Positions 11,668-24,519 of a stretch of DNA of 64,000 nt are shown piece by piece. Position 1 is the first letter of the stretch, and the number at the start of each line of letters is the position of its first letter. The position numbers were made by a program, and so were the translations under genes. The notes beneath the pieces were generated by a model. The model searched no databases. It was not told the origin of the DNA and was given only the letters and a program-made list of their open reading frames with translations. The stretch spans positions 124,001 through 188,000 of the forward strand of contig NIVC01000014.1 of NCBI GenBank assembly GCA_002269645.1. Reading direction: 5' to 3'. Source of the stretch: Macrostomum lignano. Lineage: Eukaryota.

Positions 11668-12313
11668 CGTCCTACACCATACATACATGTGTCATGTACT
11701 TGTGTTTGAAACTTAAAATAAATATAGCTAGCTAGGGCCAAAGCCTATATTGCATAAAAATTACTCTTCCTATATTACATTGTGTCCTATACTTTCTAGC
11801 ATAAAGTAAGCTGGTTAAAATATATAGTATAGACCCTAGTTGATGCAATATTTTTACTAATAGTAGGGCCTAATAGTCATAATATATTTATTTGAATTAT
11901 AAGGTTCATATATATTTGTATTTGTTAAAATTTATTTGCGTGACAAAGTAAATAGTATTTAGCAGTGGTGTAGCAGTACACTTTTGTTTTGTTTTGAATG
12001 GCCTATTTATTTATTGTTTAAATGCATGGATAACTTAGAAGGTTAATAAGGGGCAAGAAAAGACAATCATACTATGTTGCTACAAACACTGCAAAAAGAA
12101 GAAGTAAATTTAAACACATTTTATATTGCTGACTGTTTCTATGAATCATTCATTTAATCCAAGAATTATCTAAAAAATACAATACAAGAATACTTAATGA
12201 CGGAGCACATGAGAAGTATTAAATATAGGTACTAAATATAACTTAATAAATCAATAATTATGGAACAGAAATGATACTGTCACACTTACCTCCCTTTAAA
12301 CAATGAATGTTAA

Positions 12314-14102
12314 GGCATTCCTTCGGTTTACGATCCCTGAAATTGGTGACGATCCCCATAAAAAAGATATGCAAGAGTAAGAAATTCGTGTTTTTTAATC
12401 ATTTTTTAAACTAGCACTGAAAATCACTCCAAGCCTTTTTATTTTTCTGTCGTCAAACGATCGAATACCAACCAGAATGAAACAATGCAAAGAGATCTGT
12501 TCATTCGCATACATTCATCAAATTGAAAGAGTTGCTCGTTTCAGAACTGTTCTATGCAGAGGATCCTATATATCCACTTCGGTTTACGATCATTTAAATG
12601 GCAGAAATACATGTAAATGATCGTGAACTAAAGGTAGAGGGTTTTAGTGTACCATTTCACGTCTCAGAACTGTTCCATGAAGACGATCCTATATATCCAT
12701 TTCAGTTTACGATCATTTAAATGGCAGAAATACATGTAAATGATCGTAAACCGAAGCTGAGGGGGGGGGGTGTAGAGATGTTCCGAAATTTTGATTTCAA
12801 TTTCGATTTTCCGAAATTCGGATTTTTTTAGAGCAAATTTCGATTTCGAAAAAATTTCGGAAGTCAAAATTTCAGAAGTGCCTACTTTCGAAATTTTTAT
12901 CTGATTTTAGTTTTTTTAGAACTTCGTTACTGTCTTTTATCGGTGATATTATACAGTTTTTACATGTAAAACTTTTTGAATTTGTTAAAACTGTTCCATG
13001 CATGTAGGACATGTAACATGGTAGTTTGTACATGTGGAACTGTAAATTTTCGTAAATTTTGTTGCACTTTAAAGCTGCAAAAGTGTCTGCTGATATATTG
13101 CATATTTTTCGCATTTTACAGTATATATATGTACATTTACCGTACATGTACATGCATTATCGTTTACACGATCTCAGTTATTGCTAGTCATGCAGTACTG
13201 ATACATGTACATTTTAACTGTACATTTTATACATGTACAACTCAGTATACACCCTATACCCTACCGCCTAGACGGATAAAGGCAGAGAAATTTGTTTTGT
13301 CTAGCAGGGAAAAGGCGCGCTTTGCTGCCGTGCTTTAATACCGTCTAGTAATGCAATATACGCGCCTTAGTGTTTCTTTTAAAGGCACTAGTTCAAATAA
13401 ATTACTTAACACATTTACAGTATATGTAGTTTTCGCGTCGAAAAAAAAATTTGCATTTAAAAGTGGCAATAAGGGATTCTACTTATTTAGTGGCCGAAAA
13501 TAAACGAACTTCTGCTAAACATACATGTATTTTGTTTTGCATGAGCAGTAAATCGAAAGTAGAAAAGTGAGTGTCGGTTGTACTAAACTTTGTTTTTCTG
13601 AATTACGATTTCGGAAAATTTCAATTTCAATTTCGATTTCGGAAAGTAGCGAATTTCAATTTCGATTTCGATTTCGACAGAAAATTCGCTTTTGGAACAT
13701 CTCTAGGGGGGTGGCAGCGTGCAGAGAATAATAAAGCATCAAGTTACTTGGGAGCGCACGTTAACTCAAGATGACATTTCAATCGCCAACAAGCCAACAA
13801 ATAAATATATGACTACATATGTCTTTGACACCCCCCTCAGCTTTGGTTCACGATCATTTAAATTGAAGAAATACATGTAAATGATTGTGAACCAAAGTGG
13901 ATATATAGGATCCTTACCATCGCAATGCCATTAAAGAAACCATTTGCCGGCTATTCCGCTCAGTTTTTTCTAATGTAACAAATAAGCTCAGTTTAACAAT
14001 TTTTGTTATTTCAAGTAAGCTATGATCATTTATATGAAAAATTACATGGGGATCGTGAACCAAAATGTAGGTGGAAAAATGATCGTAAACCGAAGGAATG
14101 CC
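12314..14102. mobile_element. Non-autonomous foldback transposon with 9-bp TSD (MULE- or Merlin-like)
   Basis: TIR GGCATTCCTTCGGTTTACGATC / GATCGTAAACCGAAGGAATGCC. TSD GAATGTTAA at 12305-12313 and 14103-14111. Long internal inverted motifs (12740-12772 vs ~13828-13860). Confidence 0.85.
12773..13705. mobile_element. hAT-type MITE nested in the 9-bp-TSD element
   Basis: TIR TAGAGATGTTCC / GGAACATCTCTA. 8-bp TSD GGGGGGTG on both sides. ATTTCG subterminal repeats. Confidence 0.88.
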
Positions 14103-15279
14103 GAATGTTAATAGCTACTATAAGTAAAAACAGTAACATTTAACAAATACAATATTGATAGACAATTCTAAATAATGACAAAATTTTTGGCAATAGCAGG
14201 TCAAGCACGAAGCAGAAACAACTGGATAAAATAAACAAAAGTTTAGTCAATGCTGATTAACAACTGTATTAGCGTGTGGCACAAATATTGAGAGTTGCAG
14301 GTTAAGATTTTGAAGTCGTGAGAGCAGAAATAAATAAAGCAGAGACAATCAAAGATAGCACACAAGTAGATTGAGAGAAAGTGAAAGATGCCAAGTGCAT
14401 CATGCTGCTAAGTGCAGCCAGCTGATAGACGGCTTATTTGCTAGGCTGGTCCTGGATGGACCACACGGATGCGCCCCCAATAGGACATAGACACAGCCCA
14501 GCTACGCGCACAAAGGCGCAGAAACAGACAGGCACGCAGAAAAAAATATGGATACTAAGAAACGCCAATGATGTCCGGCTTTTGAAGGCCAGCATTGCAA
14601 AAATGGGATGTCTCATGCACCCGCAACAAGAAAGGAAGAAATTGGAAGACAGATACAGAAAATTATAAAACAGAAAAATACTTCATTACATTAAGATTAT
14701 GGAGTACATGAATGATGAGAATAGTCAGACAAAAATGCGCTATAGTTCTGGTAACACTACAAAATATTGATATTGATAAAAATTAGACAATCACCGATAG
14801 GAAGTATAGAACAATCTGTTCTGAGCATTAGAACAAAAAATAAAATAAAATTTGTCATATTGAATAAATGCTTTTGACGCCCTGCACCTTACTTAGCCAG
14901 TCAATCCTCACTTAATTCACTGCTCTTTGCCACCTCTCCAAAAGTCGATGACCAGAGTGATAGTTGGAACTTGAGCCCACTGTGGAGTGTGGTTGGTAGG
15001 CTTGGCGCTTAATTTGAAATGGCAGTGGTGATTCACATGGTTGACAAAACTGGGTGGTGAGTCATGGCTGGCTGGCTGGCTGGCTAGTAGACTTGTGCTT
15101 GAGTGCACTTATACTAGTAAATCTATTGACTAGTAAATCTGTATATTGTATAGATACCTGCAAGGCTAGCTAGAACAGATTTGGTTTTGGCTGCACTTCT
15201 CTCTTTCCACCAAAGCTGAGGGGTATAGATAGATCACACACACTAAATGATTCTAATGAAGTGAACCCAATTAGCACAT

Positions 15280-15720
15280 GAATCCGGGCTAAATTCTGGG
15301 CAAGTGAACTAGATCAACACACAATTCTGGTCAAGTAAACTGGATCAGCACACAATTCCAGGCGAGTGAACTGGATCAGCACACAATTCCAGGCAAATGA
15401 ACTGGATCAGCACACAAATCTGGGCTAAATTCTGGGCAAGTGAACCAGATCAGCACACAGATCTGGGCTAAATTCTAGGCAAGTGAACCAGATCAGCACA
15501 CAATTCTAGGCGAGTGAACTGGATCAGCACAAAAATCTGGGCTAAATTCCGGGCAAGTGAACCAGATCAGCACACAATTCAAGGCAAGTGAACCGGATCA
15601 GTACATAATTCAAGGCAAGTGAACTGGATCAGCAGACAATTCCAGGCAAGAGAACTGGATCAGCACATGAATCCGGGCTAAATTCTGGGCAAGTGAACCA
15701 GATCAGCATACAATTTTGGG
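15280..15720. repeat. Degenerate ~31-44-bp tandem repeat (GGCAAGTGAACTGGATCAGCACACAATTCCA core)
   Basis: Directly visible tandem units. Confidence 0.85.
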
Positions 15721-15923
15721 TGAATGGCAACAAAGTACAGATTTACTGAAAAAGTGTGGGTGTAATTCTGCCCCAAATAGAATAGCAAGTTGTTACGTGT
15801 ATTTGATGTCATGCAAAAGAGGTATACAAGACAAAAACAGTTAATGCACCAGAAAGGTGGAACAACACGGTGAATAAAGGATTAGGACACCATAAGAGAA
15901 TGTCACCCATTGTCATTTAAACC

Positions 15924-16223
15924 AGGGGTCGGCACTTCACTATTGCAATCAATTGCCTACTCAGGGTTTGTCTTCTCAGCTCTTTTTCTTTTGTCTCTTC
16001 TCTTGTATCCTCTCCCCTCTCTATTCCCTACTCTTATCTGCTCATCTTCTCGTCCCTCTATCTCTATTCTACTCTTATCTTATCTCATTTCTTTTCTCAT
16101 CCCATCCTCTGCCTTCTCATTTTTCATTTTCTACTGCATCTTATTGTCTCTCTTACCTGGCCCGCAGCCATGAGCTAGATCCCTTATCTGGCCCTTGAGG
16201 TAAAAAACATTTGCCGACATCTG
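15924..16223. mobile_element. Degenerate hAT-like MITE
   Basis: CAGGGGTCGGCA ... TTTGCCGACATCTG imperfect TIRs and a TATCTGGCCC subterminal motif; TSD not preserved. Confidence 0.45.
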
Positions 16224-16599
16224 ATCAAAATATTTATAAATTTGTACGACATGAATAGGGCATGAATAGGATATTAGTCACTCAAAAGTGGTACACATGA
16301 AAAGTTAAATGCACCAGATAGGTGGAAGACTCATATAAAGGTATGTATAAATGGGTCTGGAGTTGAGTTAGTGAGTACTTGGCATCTGTTGAACACCTCT
16401 GCTAAAAATAAAACTAAGTTATAGTTCCTCATTTTAAGGCATTCTGCCTTCACTATCAAATTCTCAAATCCTGCGTGACATTTATTAATTAATTAGTAAG
16501 ATTAGTAAGACTAATTAGTCCCATAAGCCCAATTAACCCCGTATGAAACTAGTAGCATCAATAAGATTCACCCCAGATTAATTTGTCAGGAACTGGACG

Positions 16600-18300
16600 T
16601 CAGCAATAGGATAGTAGTAGCACTTTTAAAACTTTCTTCGCTTTACCATTTTATTATGCTGACTGCCCATGCCCAGGCTGTATCTATGGTAATGAGAGTG
16701 TAGATAATACTCGTTGTCTACAATGCCGGCCGCAATGGCAGAAGTAGTGGCTGCTGTCGGTAGAACCGCGCTGGAATCCAGCTGCTGGAATCCATACTGC
16801 TCGCAATGCCAGCTGCAATGGCGGAAGTAGTGGCTGCTGTCAGCGGAACTGCGGCAATTCAACACTGGTCATACTGCTTGCAATGCTAGCCGCAGTGGTG
16901 GAAGTAGTGGCTGCTATCGGCGGAACCGCGCCAGAATCCAGCGGCAGTTCAACGCTGGCCATACTGCTTGCAATGCCAGCTGCAGTGGCGGAAGTAGTGG
17001 CTGCTGTTGGTGGAACCGCGGCAGTTTGACACTGGCCATACCGCTCGCAATGCCGGCCGCAGTGATGGGCATCAGCTCATCAGGGTCAAAAACAAGCCCT
17101 TGCAAGGTAAGGCCTGAGCTAGGCAACGCCAGTAGTGCCAGGTAGTGGACCATTAATTGTGCTGTCTCACAGCAGATCAAGAGCACTATTGGCGCATCAA
17201 AGCTGCAGTACCTTACCTCTACACCCACAATGGCCACAGCAACATTATCTGTTGTGCAATAGCCACGGGGGATGCCCTCCTTCAACAGCATTTGTATACT
17301 ATAATTAGCAGGAAGCCGATGAGATCTCTCCAGCCTTTTCTGCACTGATAGGCCACATTAAATCTGCCCACCTCCTGATGGAGTAGCACCAGCAGAGCGT
17401 TGGCTTGGTTGGCCAAGGGCTCCGTGCCCATAATGGTGGGTTTTTCTATTCCTGCTTTTTGTGGCAAACGTAGGCCTATGCCCAGCTGCCAAGCCCAAGA
17501 TCTGAGCAGTTGGAAACAGCAGTTAAGGCCACAGTCACGCCTAATCACGTCTCGTAAGCTGACTTGGATGACAACCAGCCACTCCAGCACAGCAGCAGGT
17601 GCCATGCTCATGTTGCACAAGTCAGCAGCAGGTACCATGCTGATGTTGCACGAGTCATCCTCTCCGTCCTCCTCTCTATCCTCCTCTTTGTCCTGCCACA
17701 GAAAGCCCGTGTAAATGTCTGTTGGGCTTTCTACGTCAATTGTGAGGAGACCCATGACGCCGCGAAGCCACACTGACTGGAAGCCACCACCTCATGCCTA
17801 TTGTTTTCATCAGCCAACTGTGTAGCAGAGTGTTTCGATGGCTTCGCAGTGACGCATTCTTCCAGTCTAAAGTTGACAGGCAACCGATATGGCAGCTTTT
17901 TAGTGGCAATTCACGCGAGCATGTTATGTACCACTGCCAGTGCTTCAGGACAGTGTCGACGTTAGCGTCTGGTGTGAGCAACCAGCCAACTTTGGCCACT
18001 GTCGGTTGTGCCATGACCAAGGGATTAGCCCTGCCTGGCAAATTTGGCTGACTATATACGCCAACTTCAGCCACTTTCAGTTGTGTTGCAACGCTGGGAT
18101 TGGCCCTGCCTGGCAAACTTGACCGACTATGTACGCTGACTTCGGCCACTGTCGGTTGTGCCGCAGTGCCGGGATTGGCCCTGCCTGGCAAATTGGGTTG
18201 TTTATTTACGCTGAATCTGGGCACGGGATCTGTGAGCCAAAGCCACATACCGTCTGCGGCAATTCTCTGGCTATATTGATCTATAAGTTTGCCAATGCTG
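16600..18300 (-). pseudogene. Decayed coding-like sequence, possibly transposon cargo
   Basis: GC-richer than flanks, with overlapping broken ORFs and internal 60-bp repeats encoding QPNLPGRANP..AQPTVAEV. No family recognised with certainty. Confidence 0.25.
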
Positions 18301-18773
18301 TTACATCCAAAGTCAGCGAGAGGAATTTCAGTGCCTAATAGCCATCAGTACAATGTTAATACAGACTCAATGGGCACCCGAGGTGCTGGACGGCCCCAAT
18401 GTGTGGGGTACAGCAGGATGGCCCGGAGACTAGCTAGCACATCGGCTATTTTCCGTTTCTTTTCATTGGACAGCACAGAGAATTCGTTGCAATCCATTGT
18501 GCTAAAAAGGGGTGTGGTATTCACTTCTGTAAATAGCAGTCAGTTTGAACTGTATGGGACATATATATCATTCATTCAACTTCGGGTTCTAGCTGCACTT
18601 TTAGTAAACAATTTAAAAAATTTCTGCTGCACCTAATACTCAACAGTTTATGAGGTTGCTTTCAATACATAACAATGATCATACATACTACCTAATAGTT
18701 TCAAAAATGGAAATAAGAAAGAAAAAAGTCAGTGTGCCAATACTGAAGTGTATAATTCATTTGTATTTTCAAA

Positions 18774-18982
18774 TCGCATGTCAGCTTAGCAGCTGCCTTG
18801 AGCCACAACAGAAGCAAAGATTGATTATCCATCGCAGGTCAGCTTAGCAACTGCCTTGAGCCACAACAGAAGCAAGGATTGATTATCCATCACAGGTCAG
18901 CTTAGCACCTGCCTTGAGCCACAACAGAAGTGAGGATTGATTATCCATTGCATGTCAGCTTAGCAGCTACCTTGAGCCACAC
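18774..18982. repeat. 58-bp tandem repeat, about 3.6 copies
   Basis: GCATGTCAGCTTAGCAGCTGCCTTGAGCCACAACAGAAG..GATTGATTATCCA units. Confidence 0.9.
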
Positions 18983-19589
18983 AATATGGTAACTGACCCT
19001 AGTAGGCCATATAGACTACTTTAGACTTAATCTGCTCACAGCTGGTGCAACTGCAAATGCCTTAGACAAACCATTGGAGCATGTACCAAAATAAATTGGA
19101 TTAGCATCTATCTTAATAATGAAGCTGCTTTGCATACTGGGCCAGTTAGAGCTATTTGGAACTATGCCACAGTCTCCATCTAGACACCCAGCTATGCCAA
19201 ACAATATGGTTGGCTGACTCATGTTTCTAAGCGTCAAATAAGCGTCAACTAAGCAGCTGTGATAGACTATATGCCAGTGGAAGTCAAACCTCTCGCACAC
19301 AAATAGGGTGCAACAATTTTTTGATCAATTGTCACCTGTACAGAGGATGGGCTCAGCCTCACATTACGGACGCTATAGTACTACTGTAAAGCAGATAAGT
19401 TGTTGCAACAGAAGTGAGGCTTTATTACCTCTCGCTTTCCAAGAGGAATTAGCGCCGCTGACCAAATGGATGCCAGGGATTGCCTGATGGGATAACCATT
19501 TGCTAGGGTCTATATTCAGTGGTTTTCCATTGGAGGCTTCCTCTCAAAATCCCCATGGTACTTGTAATGGATGCCTGATTGATTTTGAC

Positions 19590-19965
19590 TTAAGTCCCAA
19601 AATTTTCCCAGATCAGCTTTGCCCGGAACTTGGCTGAAATTCAAGTCAGGGGAGCTGATCCGGGTGAATTTTCTGGATCATTTGGTCCAGATACCTGAGG
19701 AAATCTGACTGAAGTCCCAAAGTTTTCCTAGATCAGCTTCGCCTGGAACTTGGCTAAAATTTGGGTCAAGGAAACAGCTGATCTGTGTGAATTTTCCAGA
19801 TCATTTGGTCTAGATCACTGAGGAATTCTGACTGAAGTCCCAAAATTCTCCTGGATCAGCTTTGCCTGGAACTTGACTGAAATTTGGGTCAAGGGAGCTG
19901 ATCCAGATGAATTTTTCTGGATCATTTGGTCTAGATCACTAGGAAATTCTAACACAAATCCCAAA
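19590..19965. repeat. ~120-bp tandem repeat, about 3 copies
   Basis: Recurring AAGTCCCAAA..GATCAGCTTTGCC.GGAACTTG..GATCATTTGGTC.AGAT blocks. Confidence 0.8.
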
Positions 19966-22001
19966 ATCTCACCTGGAACATTTTCACCCAGAACACTACT
20001 GAAATTTGGGTCTACACCCAGAATTCTATAGTGTTCTGGGTGAAAAATTACAGAAAATCCAACCAGAACAGCTTTCCTTTTCCCCAAAATTTTACCGGAT
20101 CATATTTCCGGATCTTTTTCCAGAAAAAAGGGCTGTTCTGGGCCAAAAAAACCTGATCTGGGCCTAGAAATAAAAAAAAATCGGGCCTGGATCACAAAAT
20201 TCCAGAAAAAAAACTGGGTGAAAAGTTCAATGGGATTAAGTTGCTAGTTATTATTAAAGAGAAAGCAGATATAATAGAGATTTAATGTTGTAACTATGGC
20301 CATCTTGGTCTTGCACCCTAACAGATTTTATATTTTGGATTTCATATGGATTTTAATTTAAAAACAAATAAAACTTTATGTATTGTTTTTATTTTCACAT
20401 ATAAAATTCATTTTAGGATAATAAGCCTATCTTTTCGAAAAAAAAGTTAAACATTTATAGCTTTGATTTGATTGAATTTAGGCCTAGAGTGTCATGTACA
20501 ATGTTTTAATATAAGTGTTGTAAAAATTTTTACATATATAATGGTTGTTTTGTTTAAAGCTTCCTAGTTGATATTTCCATTAAACTACAAAGCAGAAAAT
20601 AACTATTGCCCAGTAGAAAATCCTAGTTCACCCCAATTGTCGAGCAAAGTGTGCCCTGCAGCTGTTCGACGTCAGTGAGGTGCACTAATTATACAGTCAC
20701 CCCAAGGTTGGGCAATGTCCACCCCTCAATGCAAACAAAAAGTATAGCAGAAAGTCATCATACTCTATTGAAAGTAGTATAGTTGTTTATTAAAGACTAG
20801 AAAATTGGCCTGGTAGTGTTACAGCTTGAAAAATATTTGTAGCTTTAGCTTATTTTCCTATAAGCATGTAATATTTTAGTAATAATAATTTCATTTTCAT
20901 ATATAATAATTTCATTTTCATATATAATAATTTCATTTTCATATATAATAATTTCATTTTCATATATTTGTCATTTCTTGTAGCTGCCCTTGCTTTTTGA
21001 ATATACTTTAATTTGTTCCCTGAAATTTTCACATTAGTAACCCTACATTTTATAAGCCGAACTTATGCATAAAACTATCATGGTGAATAAGTGATCAAGT
21101 GAGCAATTGAACAATTGCATTGATTAGTCAATAGTCAAAATCGCTGTCAATGTCATCATCAGTTAGAAATTCCATTCGTGAGTCTTCGCTCAAGCTGCTG
21201 CAGTATGCACTCTTCTTCTCTAAGGTCTTCCTGTTTTTGGCCCAAGGTTCGAGGTCTGCCAGTGCTTCAAACTGCCAAAAGGGTCTCTTTTTGCATGATG
21301 GATACTAGGCAGCAGGGCAGATCTGCTGCGTTGCTGCTGCCGCCCCGGCATTTGCTGCTGCTCAAGCGCTTCCTGCTGCTGTTGCTGTTGCCCTGGCATT
21401 TGCTGCTGGCTGTTTGTGGCTGTTGATGTCTTCTTGTGAGATCAAGGTGTCACGCAGTCAGTGGCATGCTTTAGCATATTCATACACATTTTTTGCACTT
21501 CCACTGTTGATGGAACGTGGGCTGGTCTCAGCTGTGGCTCGAGGGTAAAGTCTCTGTAGATGGTGTTCATAATATCTGGAATAGATGCATTTTATATTTG
21601 TGCAAGTTAAATCATGACAGCATTGTTTTTCAAGTAACTACTTTTAGTAGCTTGCATGCAGTTTCAGTTGCAGTTTCTAAATGCAATATATCACAAAACT
21701 GTTGTCTCACCTTATAACCACCATAGAAAAACTTTTTCAAAGCCAAGCATGTCATCCGTTAGAGATGTTAGACAGCCAGCAGTGCAAGCTCTTTCTGCCA
21801 TCTTGCGACCATTAAAATTGATCGCCCTTTGCATTTTGGCTGCCAAGGCGAAGTCTATCATTGTCCTATGGTCATGGTCCACTTTGCTCATCCACTCTGC
21901 AATTTTGTAAATGGTGGGCTTAAGGGGTTGAGTTATGGTTCGTGACTCATGGATGAGTGAATTATTTAATTAATACTTAAAAAAGTATAAAATATACTCA
22001 C

Positions 22002-22151
22002 CTGTACAAGATATGCCCGATATGTCTCACCCTCATACACAGCTTCAAACAGCCATTGCTCTATAGAATTTCTCAGTTCAAGCCATTTCGACCTACTGAG
22101 GTCTTGCAGTTCGCTAGGGAGAGTTACACTTTTTGGAGAAATCTCTATAAC
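22002..22151 (-). pseudogene. Isolated 150-nt exon-like segment antisense to UCH-L intron 1
   Basis: TGTCAG acceptor, GTGAGT donor and an open phase-0 frame VIEISPKSVTLPSELQDLSRSKWLELRNSIEQWLFEAVYEGETYRAYLVQ. Downstream coding-like fragments (21200-21900) contain stops. Confidence 0.3.
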
Positions 22152-22830
22152 CTGACAATTGTACTTATAAATAACAACAAATTTCATTCTGGAAATCTAA
22201 GTATTTGAATTTTAAGATAGTAGGACTAGGACTGATAGTGAAAGATGAAAACAATGATTTCAGTAGAATTTGAGGTTGTTAAAGCAAAGTTTCAACAAGG
22301 TTGTGTGAAGCTTGGTCTCCCATTTGCTGGGTCTGCCTAGACCCCCTCTTTTTCTCTACCCCAATCCCTGCTCCCCCACCACCCTGCTCCCCCACCACCC
22401 TGCTCCCCCCACCACCCTGCCCCCCCCCACCGCCACCGTCAAAGCTCCCACAACCCAGCCTGCTCTTCTCTTTTAGTAACTATCTTGTTACTAGTGAATC
22501 AAAATCAACAAAAAATGCATTAACCTCTGAATTACTTTTCTTCAAAGTGAAATTAAAACTTTTTGAAATTGTCTTAGACTATTTGGCGCAAGACAAATAA
22601 TTACCTTCTGGAACTTCTTGCCGACCAGCCTCAAACAACAGCTGACAAGCAGAGGGTGCTGAAAAAACCAAAGACAGACAAATAAACTACAAAGACATCA
22701 TAAACATATGTGCTTTACGATCTCCCTGAAAATAAAGTTGTGTTTTTGCTAATGGTGTGGCCCATGGGGCCTTTAAAGGAACAAAACTTTGAACAAAGCT
22801 TTTTTTCAGATTTCATATGAAGCTTTAAAG

Positions 22831-22875
22831 CAGGAGTCAGCAACCTTTTTCCACTTGAAGGCCAGATGAGGTTTT
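22831..22875. mobile_element. Orphan hAT-like left terminus
   Basis: CTTTAAAG then CAGGAGTCAGCAACCTTTTT..GAAGGGCCAGAT; no right end recognised. Confidence 0.4.
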
Positions 22876-24185
22876 CAGTTCAAGACAATGGGCCACAGGT
22901 CGCAAACAAAGAAGCGAGCTTAATAGGATGAATTTATTTTCTGTTTAAGCATGCAAGCGTACTTTATTATAAATGCCTTAATTGCATGCAGGAATTATTA
23001 CCTTGAATTTCTTACCACAGGCACAGCTCTCTGGATTTTTCTTTTTTTGGAGCTGTTATACAAAATTCAGTTTGTACAAGTATTTTTTAGCTTATTTGGG
23101 TTTAGTTTAAGCAATTCATCCGGGACTTAGCTGCTTCATTCAAAGCTTCATAGTTATGGGCTCTTTGTTCAATTTCCTAGTTGCTTTCAAGTAAAGATCA
23201 ACCACTAGAGCTAGCAGGGTATATAAATATGTGCGTATATAAAATGCAATATTATACTATTGTATGCTCATATTTTCTTCTTTGTCCAGTTCTCTGCTCA
23301 GTTCTTTTCACTGAAATTGCGGCCAAAATAAGTGGCTTGATGTGGCCTCAGACCAAATAATAAATAGACAGCCAATGAGTAGAAAAAGGCCTTCCTTTTT
23401 TTCACATTTATTGCAATAGCAGTCTTCTATTCATGGTCTCTGCATATGGTTTACAGACCTAGAAAATACTGGGCTTCCCACATTGCCTGCAAGGACTGCC
23501 TGCATTGGACTGCCTATATAGACTATATTATATATATATTTCTCAATATATTTCTATATATATATATATATATATCAAATTCAAATAAAAAATAATAATA
23601 AAAGAAGGCTCTTTAAAGAATGCCATATTTTTTAAGAAACTTTCATGTTTGGTAGGTAAAAATTATACACTTGCATATATTCACAGATAAAAGTAGAAAT
23701 TTTCTTGTAGCATAAGTTTAGTATGATCAGGACTAGGCTCTAGATTTTTAATAAATATTAAAATAGTATTTCCTTATTTGAACCACATTGACTTTTACCA
23801 AAAAGTTCTTTTAATTTAAACAAATTTTAACAAATGTCCTTATAAAAGTTATAGCATTATAATTTTAAAACAAAATTGAACATATATTGACTATATCTAT
23901 TTTCAAAATCAATTAAATCCTTTGCTAGGCCTAGAAAATAATAAGAAATTTGGCTGTTTTGCTATAAAATCTATCAAAAGTTAAAATCTATCAATCAAAT
24001 GTTGAACTTTTTTCTACCAAATAGATTTTTATACCTAAAGGCCATGCTATGGCATATAAAATTTCAATTTAGCATCCTAAACTTAGATGAAAGTAGCCTA
24101 TCCCAAATATCACTGCAATTCTAACAATTAAATAGCCAAGGTCCATACTTTTTTATTCTTTTTTCCTTTGCATTTTTTCAAACAG

Positions 24186-24468
24186 GTGCTAAACAAGTAT
24201 GCCCATAGTCTTGGTCTGTCTACTCAATGGAACTTTATGGATGTGTTCTCATTGGACAAGGAGCTCCTAGACATGCTGCCAAAGCCAGTAGCCTGTCTAC
24301 TATTCATCTACCCCATCACTGAGAAGTCTGAGGCGGCTCCTATTGGCGAAAAGCTGCCAGCAAGCACTGAAGGGGTTTATTTTATGAAGCAGACAGTGTC
24401 GAATGCGTGCGGCACTGTTGCTTTGCTTCATGCTATTGCCAATAAAAGAGATCAGCTGCAGATTGAGA
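24186..24468 (+). CDS. UCHL3: UCH-L exon 2
   Basis: AAACAG acceptor and GTGAGT donor (phase 1). Encodes FMDVFSLD and YFMKQTVSNACGTVALLHA, with the oxyanion Gln and catalytic Cys. Confidence 0.93.
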
Positions 24469-24519
24469 GTGAGTCGTTTCTATTTGAAATAAGCACAAAA
24501 TCAAGCTATCAACCACTGT

